A stretch of 64,000 nt of DNA, from contig OX597831.1 of the NCBI GenBank assembly GCA_951406725.2, forward strand, positions 11,904,001-11,968,000. The letters run 5' to 3'. Under the pieces are notes generated by a model. That model was not told where the DNA came from, searched no databases, and saw only the letters and a list, made by a program, of their open reading frames with translations. The DNA is from Octopus vulgaris. Taxonomy: Eukaryota. The position numbers were made by a program, and so were the translations under genes. How positions within the stretch are numbered: the stretch's first letter is position 1; each line of letters starts with the position of its first letter. Shown in pieces: positions 44,421 to 57,436 of the stretch.

Positions 44421-44820
44421 TCTTTATATAAAAAAGTAAGGTTGTGTTCTGTCTGTCTCCTACGATTTAGATTCCTAACTACTCCCACATTTTGCGGTGC
44501 AGTTTAACCAAAACCGGGTATCTTATAGTCGTGATTCTTATCGAGCCCTTCTTGGTATTAGCGCGCGTCTACGATGAGTCTACGATTTAAAAAAAATTTA
44601 CCATCAATTTTTCCCATTTTTAATGCATTTTTGGCATATATAAGGGAAGTAACTCTCTAAAAATTTATTATTAAATCTCAGAACGTAAAAAGCTACAGTA
44701 ACACCACCACCACCCTTTGTGGTTAGCCATATTGAGATGGCTATTATACTTTACATCTCTAAAAATGCTTATATAGTTATTTCCCTTACAAACCCGAGCA
44801 ACGCCGGGCGATACTGCTAG
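44421..44820 (+). mobile_element. Non-autonomous Helitron
   Basis: A|TCTTTATATA...AAACCCGAGCAACGCCGGGCGATACTGCTAG|T; no TSD. Confidence 0.88.
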
Positions 44821-44872
44821 TCGTGAAATAAAACTGAACAATGACATACACACGCGCGCACGCACACACTCA

Positions 44873-45200
44873 CAGGGTCGACGGTTGTAAAGTTCATAGA
44901 GTGACAGAGATATTCTCATGGAATGCGACCGAAAGAGGTTTATTCTTCAACGTTGGCCAATCTGCGGTCCACAACTCCATTAGTGTTGCAGAGTTTCGAT
45001 TCCATTGGTGAAGAAGTTTCCGTCCTGTTGGTCAGCGAAGTCAGCAACAACAGATACGGCGCCATTATCATCACTGCGATACTACTTGCGAGCCAAGTGG
45101 TTTTTCATGTTAAGGAGCAGACGACAGACAGATGGCGCCATGTCAGAACAGAGAGAGTGATCAACGAGGTCAATTTGTGTTGCATGATTCTTGTTGTGAA
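44873..45200 (-). pseudogene. Mariner-like transposase C-terminal relic and right end
   Basis: Minus reads ..VDHSLCSDMAPSVCRLLLNMKNHLARK*YRSDD..DQQDGNFFTNGIETLQH*W..VDRR..VEE*, a decayed form of the HPPYSPDLAPSD...GI..L..RW.KC mariner C-terminus. Confidence 0.72.
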
Positions 45201-45484
45201 ATCGTGTTTTGAAACAGATATTGTATTTCGAGATGGTTATTTTTGTCTCTTGTTTTTTCTTACCAAATAAACACACGCACTGTATATTCGTCCTTCACTC
45301 GTTTATAACTGTTCTTATTCTAACTCATGTCCATTGTCCGAAAATCTTTTGTCACACATCTGTGACCTTTTCTGTGACACCTTCCGTCTTCGTGTGTGCT
45401 CCTGCGTCACTTATTCAATTCTGCTTGTCTATGATGTGTATCCTTATGTGCGCAAGCGCTTGCGTCCGTCCGTCCGTGTGTGTG

Positions 45485-45534
<50 letters not shown>

Positions 45535-45823
45535 ATTGTTCTTAGCAGCAGTATGACTTTCCCCTTCAGCCCCATCCTCTCACCCCGTTGTCGCTGCTGT
45601 TGTTGTTGTTAAGCAACAAGACGGGTAAGGGTGATTTCACTGCGTCCGTTCTGTGGGTCGGGAGCGGAAGTTCACTTTTCCCAGATCCGAAGGCCAAGGA
45701 GAGGGTCACTGGCCAGAGCGTCTGGGTGGGTGGGGGGTTGGCATTTGCGGCGGGCGATGGATCCGTGGACAGTCGTAGATGACATGCTCCCACTCCGTCT
45801 CCTCTCCCACTCCGCTGTCCACC

Positions 45824-46722
45824 GCATGCAGTTCTCTGGCTACAATGAAAGGGACGGGATTAGAGTGTACAAAGGAGCCAGGACTAAGTATAAAACCATC
45901 ATAGAGAGTGATGCTAAAGGGATCTTCCCACTGTAAGGAGTAGATCCTGGAACAGCACAGAAAGGACCAGAAATAAGATGGATAAGGCCGACTCTTAGTA
46001 TGGCAACAAGAAATACCAGAGTGTTATGTTTGTCGATGCTAACCCTGGCGGCGAACTAGCATACCTACTTCTTTACTACCCACAAGAGGCTAAACACAGA
46101 GAGGACAAACAAGGACAGACAAATGGGTTAAGTCGATTAAATCGACCCCAGTGCGTGACTGGTACTTAATTTATCGACCTTGAAAGGATGAAAGGCAAAG
46201 TCGACCTCGGTGGAATTTGAACTCAGAACGTAACGGCAGACGAAATACCTATTTCTTTATTACCCACAGGGGGCTAAACACAGAGAGAACAAACAAGGAC
46301 AGACATAGGTATTAAGTCAATTACATCGACCCCAGTGCGTAACTGGTACTTAATTTATCGACCCCGAAAGGATGAAAGGCAAAGTCGACCTCGGCAGAAT
46401 TTGAACTCAGAACGTAAAGACAGACGAAATACCGCTAAGTATTTCTCCCGGCGTGCTAACGATTCTGCCAGCTCGCCGCCTTGTAAAATGTTTTGCTCAA
46501 GGACGTAACATGCCTTCAGGAATCGAACTCACGACCTTGCGATCGTGAGCAGAATATCCGAACCACTAAGCCACGCGGCAGTGGGGCGGCGAACTAGCAT
46601 ACCGTTTTAGAAAAACATTAAGAAAGGCTAATCTACGGATTAAAGCCGTAGAAAGGCCTGGTGCCCCATTAAAATCCCTGATCTGCAATACCTGTCCCTT
46701 TGATAAGTCCCCCTGTTGCAAA
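45824..46722 (+). pseudogene. Penelope-like retroelement ORF fragment (RT thumb/linker before GIY-YIG), split by a SINE insertion
   Basis: Removing 46066-46603 gives RMQFSGYN...DAKGIFPL(Y)RSRSWN..ER..K..K...YQSVMFVDANPGGELAYRFRKTLRKANLRIKAVERPGAPLKSLICNTCPF...C, with one frameshift and one stop. Confidence 0.7.
46066..46584 (-). mobile_element. Chimeric SINE insertion with 19-bp TSD
   Basis: TSD GGCGGCGAACTAGCATACC at 46047-65 and 46585-603; contents are a head of SINE family 3 followed by a Meta-like SINE and a second partial monomer. Confidence 0.9.
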
Positions 46723-46999
46723 AATATAAACTAGAAGAATTTTTTGTCTCTTTTGTAACCATTTTGCTTCGAAGGAAATGATTCACACCAGCGAGGTTCC
46801 ATCTTGTCTGCCATTTTGCTCATTGACTTCACTGTGGTTATCCTTGGATTCCACCACAATGGCTTCATCAGCCGTTAATAGATGCTGACACAAACGAAGA
46901 ATTTACTTATCTGTACGATTGACATATACGTGTTCATTTAATTGGTGTGTGCATATATTTATATATATGTGTGTGTACACACACACATTCTTTTTTCTT

Positions 47000-48040
47000 T
47001 TATTTGTTTCGCTCATTTGGCAGTGGTCATGCTGGAGCACCGCCTTTAGTCGAACAAAATCCACTACCAAAATTCCATCTACCAAATCCACTCACAAGGC
47101 TTTGATCGGCTGGGGGCTATAGTTAAAGAGACTTGCCCAAGATGCCACGCAGTGGGACTGAAGCCGGGACCATGTGTTTGGGAAGCAAGCTCCTTACCAC
47201 ACAACCACTCCTGCACCTATTAATAAATATATATAAATATCTCAGGCGTGGCTTACTTCCCAACCATATGGTTGCAGGTTCGGTCCTGCTGTGTGACCCC
47301 TTGAACAAGTGACTTCTACTAAAGCCTCGGACGGACCAAACTCTTGTGAGTGGATTTGGTAGATGAAAACTGAAAGAAGCCCGTCGTGTACGTGCATGCG
47401 CGTGTATCTTTGTTGCTGTGTTTGTCCCCCACCACCACCACTTGCCGACCGGTGTTGGTGTGCTCACATTCCCGTAACTTAGCGGTTCGGCATACATTCT
47501 TCTTGTTCTTTTTTTTCGGGTTTAATGTTATCCCTCTCTCCATCTACCCCCTCCCCCTTCCTGCATACCAAGTCGATTGTTTCCCAAACGTTGGTTTCCA
47601 TCCTGTTACAAGCATTCAAACTGACAAACAGGTTTTTACTATTCGAGAAATGTCTGCACTTTAAAAAGCTCCACTTTCAAAAGCCCTACAAAGTGACCTT
47701 GAACTCTGCCCATCCCTCTCGTGTGAAAGAAGAAGAGGGGGAGGAGAGAAACAGAAGAAAAGAAAGTATAAGCATTCAATAAATAGTTTTAATGAGGTCA
47801 AATGCTTGTTTTCCCGTTCGTTTCTTTCGGTCATTTTACTGCGACCAGGCTGGAGCACCGCCTTCAAGGACTTTTGCCGGAGAACGCACATCCAGGATTT
47901 ATTTCGAAAGGCTGGTACCTACCCTTTCGCATTCCTCTTCCTCCCCCTCCTTTCTCTCTCTCTCTCCTACTTCTCCCTCTTCACACACTTTCTCTCTCTT
48001 TCTCTTTCGCTCCCCCCTTGCCGAACCTCTAAGTTATGGA
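47000..48040. mobile_element. Cluster of CORE-type SINE fragments in both orientations
   Basis: Copies at about 47000-47220 (-), 47244-47490 (+) and 47810-48040 (-). Confidence 0.75.
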
Positions 48041-48172
48041 TACGTTTAGTTATGATGACAAAATAAAATTTCCTCTGAGCGTCAGTCAAATATAAACATT
48101 GAGTACATCTGACTGGTTTTTCTTGTTTATTCCTGTTTTTATTTTTGATTTGTACACACACACACACACACA

Positions 48173-48228
<56 letters not shown>

Positions 48229-48869
48229 AGCACACACACACACACACACATACACACACACACATGAATCAAAGGATCTAGTTAAACTGATTCACAAAAT
48301 CTGCATTTTTTTTAAAAGGAAGTAAAAAAAAATCTGAAATTCGGCTATATTAATGTAGTTTTCCACTCTTATTGATACGGAGGCATGATGCTGTGGAGAG
48401 AAAATTGAAGGAAAAAGTTACAGAGGTTTAAAAATCGAAAAAACTGTATATTTTTAGCCAATAGCGAGACAGCAATTTCCTACGTGTAGCGGTGTCAACT
48501 TTAAGGTTGTACCCTGTGAAATTTATAGTTTAGCATCTGTGAAATGGCTTGTTTTTTTTTTCAGTAATATCATTTTTCTGGGCAAAATTAGGTTCTCCAG
48601 ACACAGTGAGAGTAAACAAACTATCTTCCTGGAAAGTTTTATTTAATTATTCAATGTTCAGTCGATCCAATTGCAACTGTACAAGCAACGAGCACAAGTT
48701 GTAAACAATTGATGTTTATAATGTTTTCTCACCTTGTTGTTCTGCATTGAAATTTTTTGGGATTATTTTGCCGAGGAATGGACAATCAGCGAAATAATAT
48801 ATTCTCATGGCCGCAGCTCTGAGCTGAAACTAGAAAAAAAAATACATACATATATATATATATAAATAT

Positions 48870-49031
48870 ACAACGGGCTTCTTTCAGTTTCCGTCTACCA
48901 AATCCCACTCACAAGGCTTTGGTCGGCCCGAGGCCGTAGTAGAAGACACTTGCCCAAGGTGCCACGCAGTGGGACTGAACCTGGAACCATGTGGTTGGTA
49001 AGCAAGCTACTTATCACACACCCATCCTGCG

Positions 49032-49102
<71 letters not shown>

Positions 49103-49210
49103 GAGAGTTTACGAAAAAAACAAAAGACGAAGGCAAGTGGTGTACAAAACAAACAGATGTATTAGTATAGCGCTCAGGAATAGAAAAAAGTCTTTTACGT
49201 TTCGAGCCTA
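48870..49210 (-). mobile_element. CORE-SINE head, (TA)n, and a truncated copy of the hammerhead short repeat
   Basis: 48870-49035 SINE head; 49101-49210 matches 27266-27380 and ends inside helix II. Confidence 0.75.
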
Positions 49211-49815
49211 TGATATAAATATTCGTATTCAATCCAAAGTACAGGCTCTAGTCATGTGGCTAAAGGCGCTTGCGTGGTGCAGTGGTTAGAAATGTTCAGC
49301 TGATGATGTCGAGGAGATGGTTTCGGTTCCTGAATAGGACGGTATATTGTGCCTTTGAACAAGGTACTTCACTTCACATGTTACTCCCGTCCACTCAAGC
49401 GAAAACGAGTACCGGACGGAAGCCAGTCGTGTACCTGTTCTCTCTCCTTCTAGTTATGTCACATACAGGACGTGCGACTGGGTTAACAGGGGCCGAGGGG
49501 ATAACTATGTCTGCTGACGACTACATGGGACATGTAGGTAAGGACGGTACGGGTTGCTACATCGTACTCGCTGGCGCGTGACGGCCAAGTTGAACTTAGT
49601 AGAGCATCACGGGCTCAACTATGATGTCATTGTGTTCGCATTTCGTTCTCGAAGGACTTAAACATTCCATGCTAATAAAACTCCATATTTTCTATCCTTC
49701 AGGAGACACCATCGTTGGAATTATGGACTGTGTCGTGTTCTATATTCAACGCAGAATCGAAATGGTTCACAGAACATGTGGCAGACAATACTGAAACAAT
49801 GTATAATGCGGGTGA

Positions 49816-49890
<75 letters not shown>

Positions 49891-50705
49891 CTGGTAATTA
49901 GAATAGTTTTGGCTACTCTCGTTGACGCAGTTAAATGTATTTTTAGCGGGTCTACTCATGACCTTTTAGTTTTATTTAACACACACACACAAAGACCTCA
50001 CACATACGCACATAAAGATACACAGACATACACACACAAACACACACCGTGACACACAGTAGTTTACCAGTAAACGCACACACACATAAACACACAGCCA
50101 CACAACACACACAATGAAAGACAAAGGCACAAAACTCAATAAATGCACATACGCACACACACACACACACACAAACATGTGCGCGCTCTCACGTACTCAC
50201 AATGCTACATCTGAAACGCTCGCATTTTCAAACAAACCTATTATTTTCTACTTCGCAGTCCCAGACAACAAACACACAACATTCCTATCATTTCTAACCG
50301 ACATTTCTATAGACAGATGTCAAATTAAACTCTTTTATACTCAATTACGTCGTCCTTTTTCTTTAAAATATTATTTATCCCGGCTCCGTACGTCCTGGGT
50401 TCAAACTCCACTGACGTCAGCTTCACATTCCCCAACCCCTGAGATCTATAAAGTAATTTACCAAATGAGGTCGATTTCAACGACTCTTTTCCCCGACTAG
50501 ATTTCGGGCCCTGTATTTCAGTGCAGACGTGGCTGTGTGGTAAGATACTTGCTCCCCAACCACATGGTTCCGGGTTCGGTCCCACTACGAGGCGCCTTGG
50601 AGAAATGTCTTCAGGGGAATTTTAATTCAGAATGTAAAGCCGGATGAAATGCCACTAAGCATTTCGTCCGGAGTGCTAACAATTCCACCAGCTAGATGCC
50701 TTAAC

Positions 50706-50750
<45 letters not shown>

Positions 50751-51690
50751 CTTTCTTATCTTAGCAAAGACCGGCAAATCTGAGGTATGGGAAAGTTGAT
50801 TACATCGACCCCACCCCCACTCCCAATGTTCAACTGGTACTTATTTTATCGACCCCGAAAGAATGAAAGGCAAAGTTGATCTCAGAAGAATTTAAATTCA
50901 GAATGTAAAGTCGGATGAAATGTCACGTGCGAATAAATGGAATAAGTGTTCAGGAGAGGGTGGGGGAATGGGGAGTAAACCCGAGCGAATTACAAGTTTT
51001 CTAAGGTTCACTAGGGGTTGTTGATAGGGACGTCTTAGCACTATTATAGGCCCCCTGGCAAATCAACGTCCTCGGCCTTATAGTATATGTTTATTGATAT
51101 AAACCCACAATATACATAGATTAGAACTGGGACCCCTTGACCTACGAGGCCCCTGGACAACTGCTCGGTGTGCCTTTGCTTTGAGAGCGCATTGGTTGTC
51201 GATATCTCGCTAGACTACTTACAGGAATCGAAGTATTGGTTATTTCCAATTCATAAGCCATTACCACTTCTACCGTCAACATCTACAGAGGCAACACACG
51301 CCAACAAGAGAATTTCTATGCAGTCCTTTGACAGCTAGAAATAGAAGGCAAACCTTCCTCACAATCGTGCATCAGTCACGCTTGAATCGACTGTAAGAAA
51401 ATGGAGTAAAACAGAGAATGATCGATCGAAACGCAGTGTACTGATAAAGATCTGAGTACACCTCTTGGACCCTAAAATACAACTCCATACGAAGGGTCAC
51501 GATGAGCTTCTACCGGATGTCTCATTTGTATGGATTTATTGGATGCGAGTGTCTTTAAATGTTTAGTTTTTGTCCAAATCAATATCGATTTCATGTCTTT
51601 ATGTAGATTCGTGTCATGAGAAAACGCGGTTATAATAACAGTATCCAAGGAGACACATGTTTCATATACATACACATACATACATTATAC

Positions 51691-51755
<65 letters not shown>

Positions 51756-51831
51756 GTATGTATATATATATATGTATATATATATAATATATATATATAA
51801 TATATACACATATATATATATATACACACGC

Positions 51832-51910
<79 letters not shown>

Positions 51911-51924
51911 TACATACATACATA

Positions 51925-53463
51925 CACTGCGTCCCACATTATTAGGCAAATCAATCTTCTCTCAATAAATAAATGTATATTCATTCAAAATCAGTTCTTT
52001 TCCCACTGACTGTAGGCGCCACCTATCTGCGCAAAGGAAAACAAACGGTGGCCATTATCGTGTAGCAGCAACATTTCTGCTGTCCCGTGTCATTATGGGT
52101 CAGAAACGTGACCTTACCTTGTATGAGAAGTCTACCATCGTGTCAAAGCTTGAAAAAGGAAAAACAACCATAGAAATATCAAAAATACTAGGAAGAGATC
52201 ACCGAACAGTGGCATTATTTGTGCAGTCTCCTATTTCGATCCGGTCGAGGGCAGATAAGGGTAAGCCGAGGGTTGCTTCAAGTAGTACTTTGTCACGTGT
52301 GAAAAGGAGAGTTGTGCGGAACCCATGTCTTACAAGTAGAGAAGTCTTCTAACGTTGTGACAGGGAAAGCATATCGAACGCTACCAGGTGTCGCCTGTTG
52401 AAGCAGGTAGCAAGGAATGTAAAACCTGTTACAAGCCCCGCCCCCTCATCTGAAGGCTTTACAGAAGGTGAAAAGACTGAAACGGGCAGAAGTATACATG
52501 GAGATAATTTTTTCAACAGTTCTGTTCACTGACGAATGCCGTGCTGCCCTTGACAGACCAGATGGTTGGAGTACAGGATGGGTGTCAATTAGCGTGAGCC
52601 GTCCTCATCATTTGAGACGCCAACAGAGGGGAGGTGGGATCATGTTTTGGGCTGACATCGTTGGTGGTATGATGGTCGGGCCATGGAAAGTCCCAGATGG
52701 CATTAAGATGACATCAAAAACATATATTACCTTCTTAAAGAAACTTTCCAACAGTGGTTCAAAAGGCAAAGACTTTCATTCAAGAGAAAGCTGGTCTTCA
52801 TGCAAGATAATGCCCCGTCTCATGCAGGGAAGAATTCTGAGGAATACCTGCAGCAAAAGGGTTCTCTGGAGGTCGTTTGATGGAGTGGCCACCTCGTTCC
52901 CCTGATTTAAACCCGATTGACAACCTGTGGACTGTCCTGAAGAGGCGCGTTTACCAAGATGGACGGCAGTTTTCATGTAAAGTTTCCCCCTGGGATGGTA
53001 TTGTAGATGCTGCTCAAAGCATGATTGAAGAGGATATCGTCACCTTGACAAATTCAATGGATCAGCGCGTAAGAAAGGTTATTGCACGTGGGGCATCATA
53101 CATCAAACATTGAGAGTTGTATGACATCATAATCGCACTATTATTTTCATACGAACTTATTACGTTTACCATTAAGTCCTTTATGAATAATGTTTTTGTT
53201 AAACCTTTATTATTGAATTAAATTAACTTCTGTTCTGACACAATTATCATTTTTATTATACTTGCCTAATAATTTGTGATGGTGAAAATGTTGCCCAATT
53301 ACAAAAATGGCCGCCATTTATTGACGTCTGCGCAGATCCGGTTTATTTTAACAGAATGTGCGCAGATAGGTGTTGCCAACAGTCAGTGGGAAAAGAACTG
53401 ATGTTGAACGAATATACATTTATTTATTGAGAGAAGGTTAGTTTGACTAATAATGTAGTGCAG
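51925..53463 (+). mobile_element. Tc1-like transposon (DD37E/TRT-like) with long TIRs, defective
   Basis: TA|CACTGCG start; 51935-52033 is the reverse complement of about 53359-53456; weaker inner match extends the TIR to about 170-200 bp; right tip lost. Confidence 0.88.
52095..53113 (+). pseudogene. TRT-like (DD37E) transposase pseudogene
   Basis: MGQKRDLT..EKS.IV..L..G..T.EI.KILGRDHRT, VLFTDECRAALDRPDGW, RRQQRGGGIMFW, MQDNAPSH, WPPRSPDLNPIDNLW; 37 residues after the second D; several stops and frameshifts. Confidence 0.88.
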
Positions 53464-53881
53464 ATTATTTGCCAACATAACGTGGTAGTCAAATGTTATT
53501 TAGCCACAGGAAACATCATCTCCAGCTGGCTCTACGACACACTATCTGTATCCTTATGTTTTCGAACAAGGGAGTTTAGCATCTCCTCTCAGCACAAAAC
53601 AAAATCTGTGTATCGCGATTTCTGGGTTATTTCCTTTCATCGGCACAGAATAACTGTTCGGCAAGACGTGGCGCTGCTAAATTCTTGTTCGAAATATATA
53701 GTTTTCAAAATGACACACAAACACTGATCTAATAAAAAAGAAAATTTCTATTTGTAAGTCGTTCAACGAGAGACATTCAGTAAGGACAAAGATAGTGTGT
53801 CGTAAAGCCTGCTGGAGGCGATGTTTCCTGGGGCTAAATAAAAGTAACATTCGACTGCCACGTTATGTTGGCAAATAATCT
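53462..53881. mobile_element. MITE with about 95-bp TIRs
   Basis: AGATTATTTGCCAACATAACGTGG...ACGACACACTATCT / AGATAGTGTGTCGT...CCACGTTATGTTGGCAAATAATCT. Confidence 0.85.
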
Positions 53882-53968
53882 TTACTCTAGAGCACTGTTA
53901 CTGAATGTCTCTCCTTGAGAAATTTACAACTAGAAATTTTCTATTGTGGGCATATATACACACACACA

Positions 53969-54048
<80 letters not shown>

Positions 54049-54189
54049 CATATATATGCACACACACAAAGTAAAGAGAGAGACCAGTCCTTTAATCACT
54101 AGCAACTTCTCCATGAAGTAAATGTCAAACAACTTGGATGACAATAAAAAATAACGTCAATGCAAAGAGGTGTGCGTATAAATATATAT

Positions 54190-54231
<42 letters not shown>

Positions 54232-54374
54232 GAGAGTTGTGAGCTTGTGTGTGTAGAAGTGAGCTTGTGTGTGTAGAAGTGAGAGAGAGAGAGAAATATG
54301 TCGGTGAGATAATACTTCAAGATCTACTCTACTCTAAATTTGGCTCCCTTATTCTATGGGTCGATATCTCTCAA

Positions 54375-54434
<60 letters not shown>

Positions 54435-55373
54435 AAGAACGGGCGGTATTCTTTGCGTTTCCACCAATCAAATCCATTCACAAGGCTTTGGTTGGCCTGA
54501 TGTTATAGCAGATGACACTTGCCCGAAACGTCACACAGTGGGACTGAACCCAGCCTTTGACGACGCAACCACACATTTATAGACATTGAAACACATGCAC
54601 ACGTGTGAGTCTATGCTAGTTACAAATCTCTCCCCCTAAAGACGGAGGTCGGCTTTACGGTACTGTTTATAAACATCCACTACTTGTTGCACGTCCTTTA
54701 TATTTTGCACACTCCATCAGCCAACATTGTAAATATTACGTAATTCCATACCTCCAGAAACAGCTGTCGGGCCTGAAATACCATGCCCTCTCCCCTTAGT
54801 TTTCTGCATTGTTTGTACTCCATGTAATTTTCTACTGTAAATACATAAGAATCTATATGCACGAGTGTCCATCTGAATACTTTCAATTATCCCTCTCTCT
54901 ATGTATATCCCTGTATATTTTCATATATGTACAGGTATGCACGTACGTACGTATGTAAGTACGTACGTATGTATGTATGTATGTATGTATGTAGTATGTA
55001 TTTATGTAAGTATGTATGTATGTATGTATGTATCTATGTATGTATGTATGTAAGTATGTATGTATGTAAGTATGTATGTATGTATGTTTTACATATCAAG
55101 CCCAAACGTGTTTATTTGCCTCATTATCTCTGAATCAGCTCACCCGGATTTCCCTTGTAGTGACTCTTTACCCCGCAGACTTTATCTTTGATAAAGACTT
55201 CGGAGTCTAAGTTCAAATCATTTGAGGCATGTAGAATAAGTACTAGGCTTAGACCGGTAGAATAAGTACTAGGCTTCCAAAGAATAAGTCCTGGGGTCGA
55301 TTTACTCGACTAAAGGCAGTGCCCCAGCATGGCCGCAGTCAAATGACTGAAACAAGTAAAAGAGTAAAAGTGA

Positions 55374-55456
<83 letters not shown>

Positions 55457-55823
55457 ATCTGCAGGTGAATATATTCCGACCCTATAGATAAAAGATCCTG
55501 ACCTTGAGGTTGTGAGGCCAAGAATTTTAAAAGACTTTAATGGTTGAAGTCGTGTGTTGTTCACAAGCGGAGAAGACGTGGTACGACGTTGATTGTGTTT
55601 GTGGTTTTTGTGCCGTAGAAACCATACAAAACTAGGTTAACATATTCGAGAGGAACCAACAATAGTAACAGCTGAACCTTCTAATATCCGGAATGACATT
55701 CACTTCCTGCAATATTTTGGCTCGCGTAGCACATTAATCCTTGCTGTCATACGTTTTCGCTCTTTACGTTCGGTTCTATGTGACTATGCGTGTTTGTTTG
55801 TTTGTTTTGTGTGTGTGTTTGTT

Positions 55824-55898
<75 letters not shown>

Positions 55899-56828
55899 GT
55901 GTGTGTGTGTGATAGACACAATAAGGATCTTACTGACCACTTGGAAACCATGGAATGGCTGAATAGAAACAAGTACATAACAAAACAAAATAACGATAGC
56001 AAATCATTATGTATCATACATACATAAGTGTGTGTGTGTGTCCATATGCATATGTGTGTCTGTGTGTGTGTAAAATAGAAGAAATAATATATATATACAT
56101 GTATGTATATGTTTGTATATATGTACACGCATACACACACACACACACACACATACACGCATATCCACACATCCACATCTATTTGCAAATAGAGACATGG
56201 GATTCATTTTTACTAGTTTCAAGTCTCTTTAGACTTTTATCAGATTGCGAATATATTTTCTGTCTACGGAGAGAATTATGGCTTTAACTACTTATAGTGT
56301 GCAGAGAACTAAATTAGTGTATCTAATTTGCATTAGAGTGCAGCCACAGGTAGCGTAAATTAATTTATACAGTGTTGGAAAGGGTTGGGAATAATTTGAA
56401 ATTCAGGATAAAATTTAATCGAGTAAAACAAATTATTATTATCAACAAAAGCAATGTAAATACGAAAGAGCAATCTTCATACCCGACTTAACGATATGGA
56501 TGTTTTGTTAGAACGCTGAATACTGACATTGAGGGTTCTTCTCATATGGACGCATGGTGCATAAAAACACACATTTACATCGTAGGCAGACGAGAATCGT
56601 TCGCTACGGCACCGGAACAACTAGTTCATGTGATTTCGACGTACTGCGTCTTTTCAGTGACAGCCTTTCGCTAGCTTGATTACCAGTCAAACCTGCCGAC
56701 AATATGTAGAATTCAGGTATATATTTCAGACGCTGGTGTGGAAAATGGTCAGCGGGTTTGTTTTTAATAAGTACACAGTTTAAGATTAGCTGTGAAAAGT
56801 AAACAAAGTGGTTACGCAACAGGTTTAT

Positions 56829-57080
56829 CCCTTAGTAAACAATAAAAGAAATCTGCCTAGTTTTAGCTTTTATTAAACATCATCAGAAATCATTTGTTTA
56901 TTTTCTGTCTAAGTAAAGGTTTGCTAAGGTGGGGTGGTTTAGTGCGTTTTTCTTTAAGGGGTTATCTTGATTGTATCGTTAAGTAAAAGGTTTGGCCCTT
57001 ACTAAACAACAAAAAGGAATTCGACTGGTTTCAGGTTTTGTTGAATGTCATCAGAGATCATTCACTCATTTTCGGTCTCC
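56829..57080 (-). ncRNA. Diverged direct repeat (168-bp offset), each unit with a degenerate hammerhead motif
   Basis: Minus GATTT-CTGATGA-..-AAAA-CTAG-GC-AGATT (56891-56850) and GATCT-CTGATGA-..-GAAA-CCAG-TC-GAATT (57059-57018). Confidence 0.55.
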
Positions 57081-57185
57081 GCAATGATAAGCCTAGAGTG
57101 TAACCAATCGCTTTTCTCGGTGAAAGTTAATTGTTTTTACTAAAAGCACACAATAAATCTTAAATTGTTTATGCGTATGCATGAA

Positions 57186-57238
57186 CTGCTTCGTCAGAGC
57201 TGAGTTGGATTCACTCCAGCTCAGCTCTGACGAAGCAG
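57186..57238. repeat. 24-bp-arm palindrome
   Basis: CTGCTTCGTCAGAGCTGAGTTGGA-TTCAC-TCCAGCTCAGCTCTGACGAAGCAG. Confidence 0.9.
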
Positions 57239-57436
57239 ATCGCAACAACATTAAATACTATTTATCCATTGAAGGTTGAGTAAATGTGTCGAGTATTACA
57301 GGGTAGTGAACGACTCGGCCACCGCGATTGAGGAATTCACTTCTCTTTGAAAATGAAGATATCAGAGATTACAGCGGTTACCTGCACTATTAGATGCTAG
57401 AATGTGACAGATAACATTGGAAGTATACTTTTGCTT

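Noticed and set aside
49510-49556. CTGACGA followed by a perfect CTACATG/CATGTAG stem
   Set aside because: GTAA instead of GAAA and no helix III
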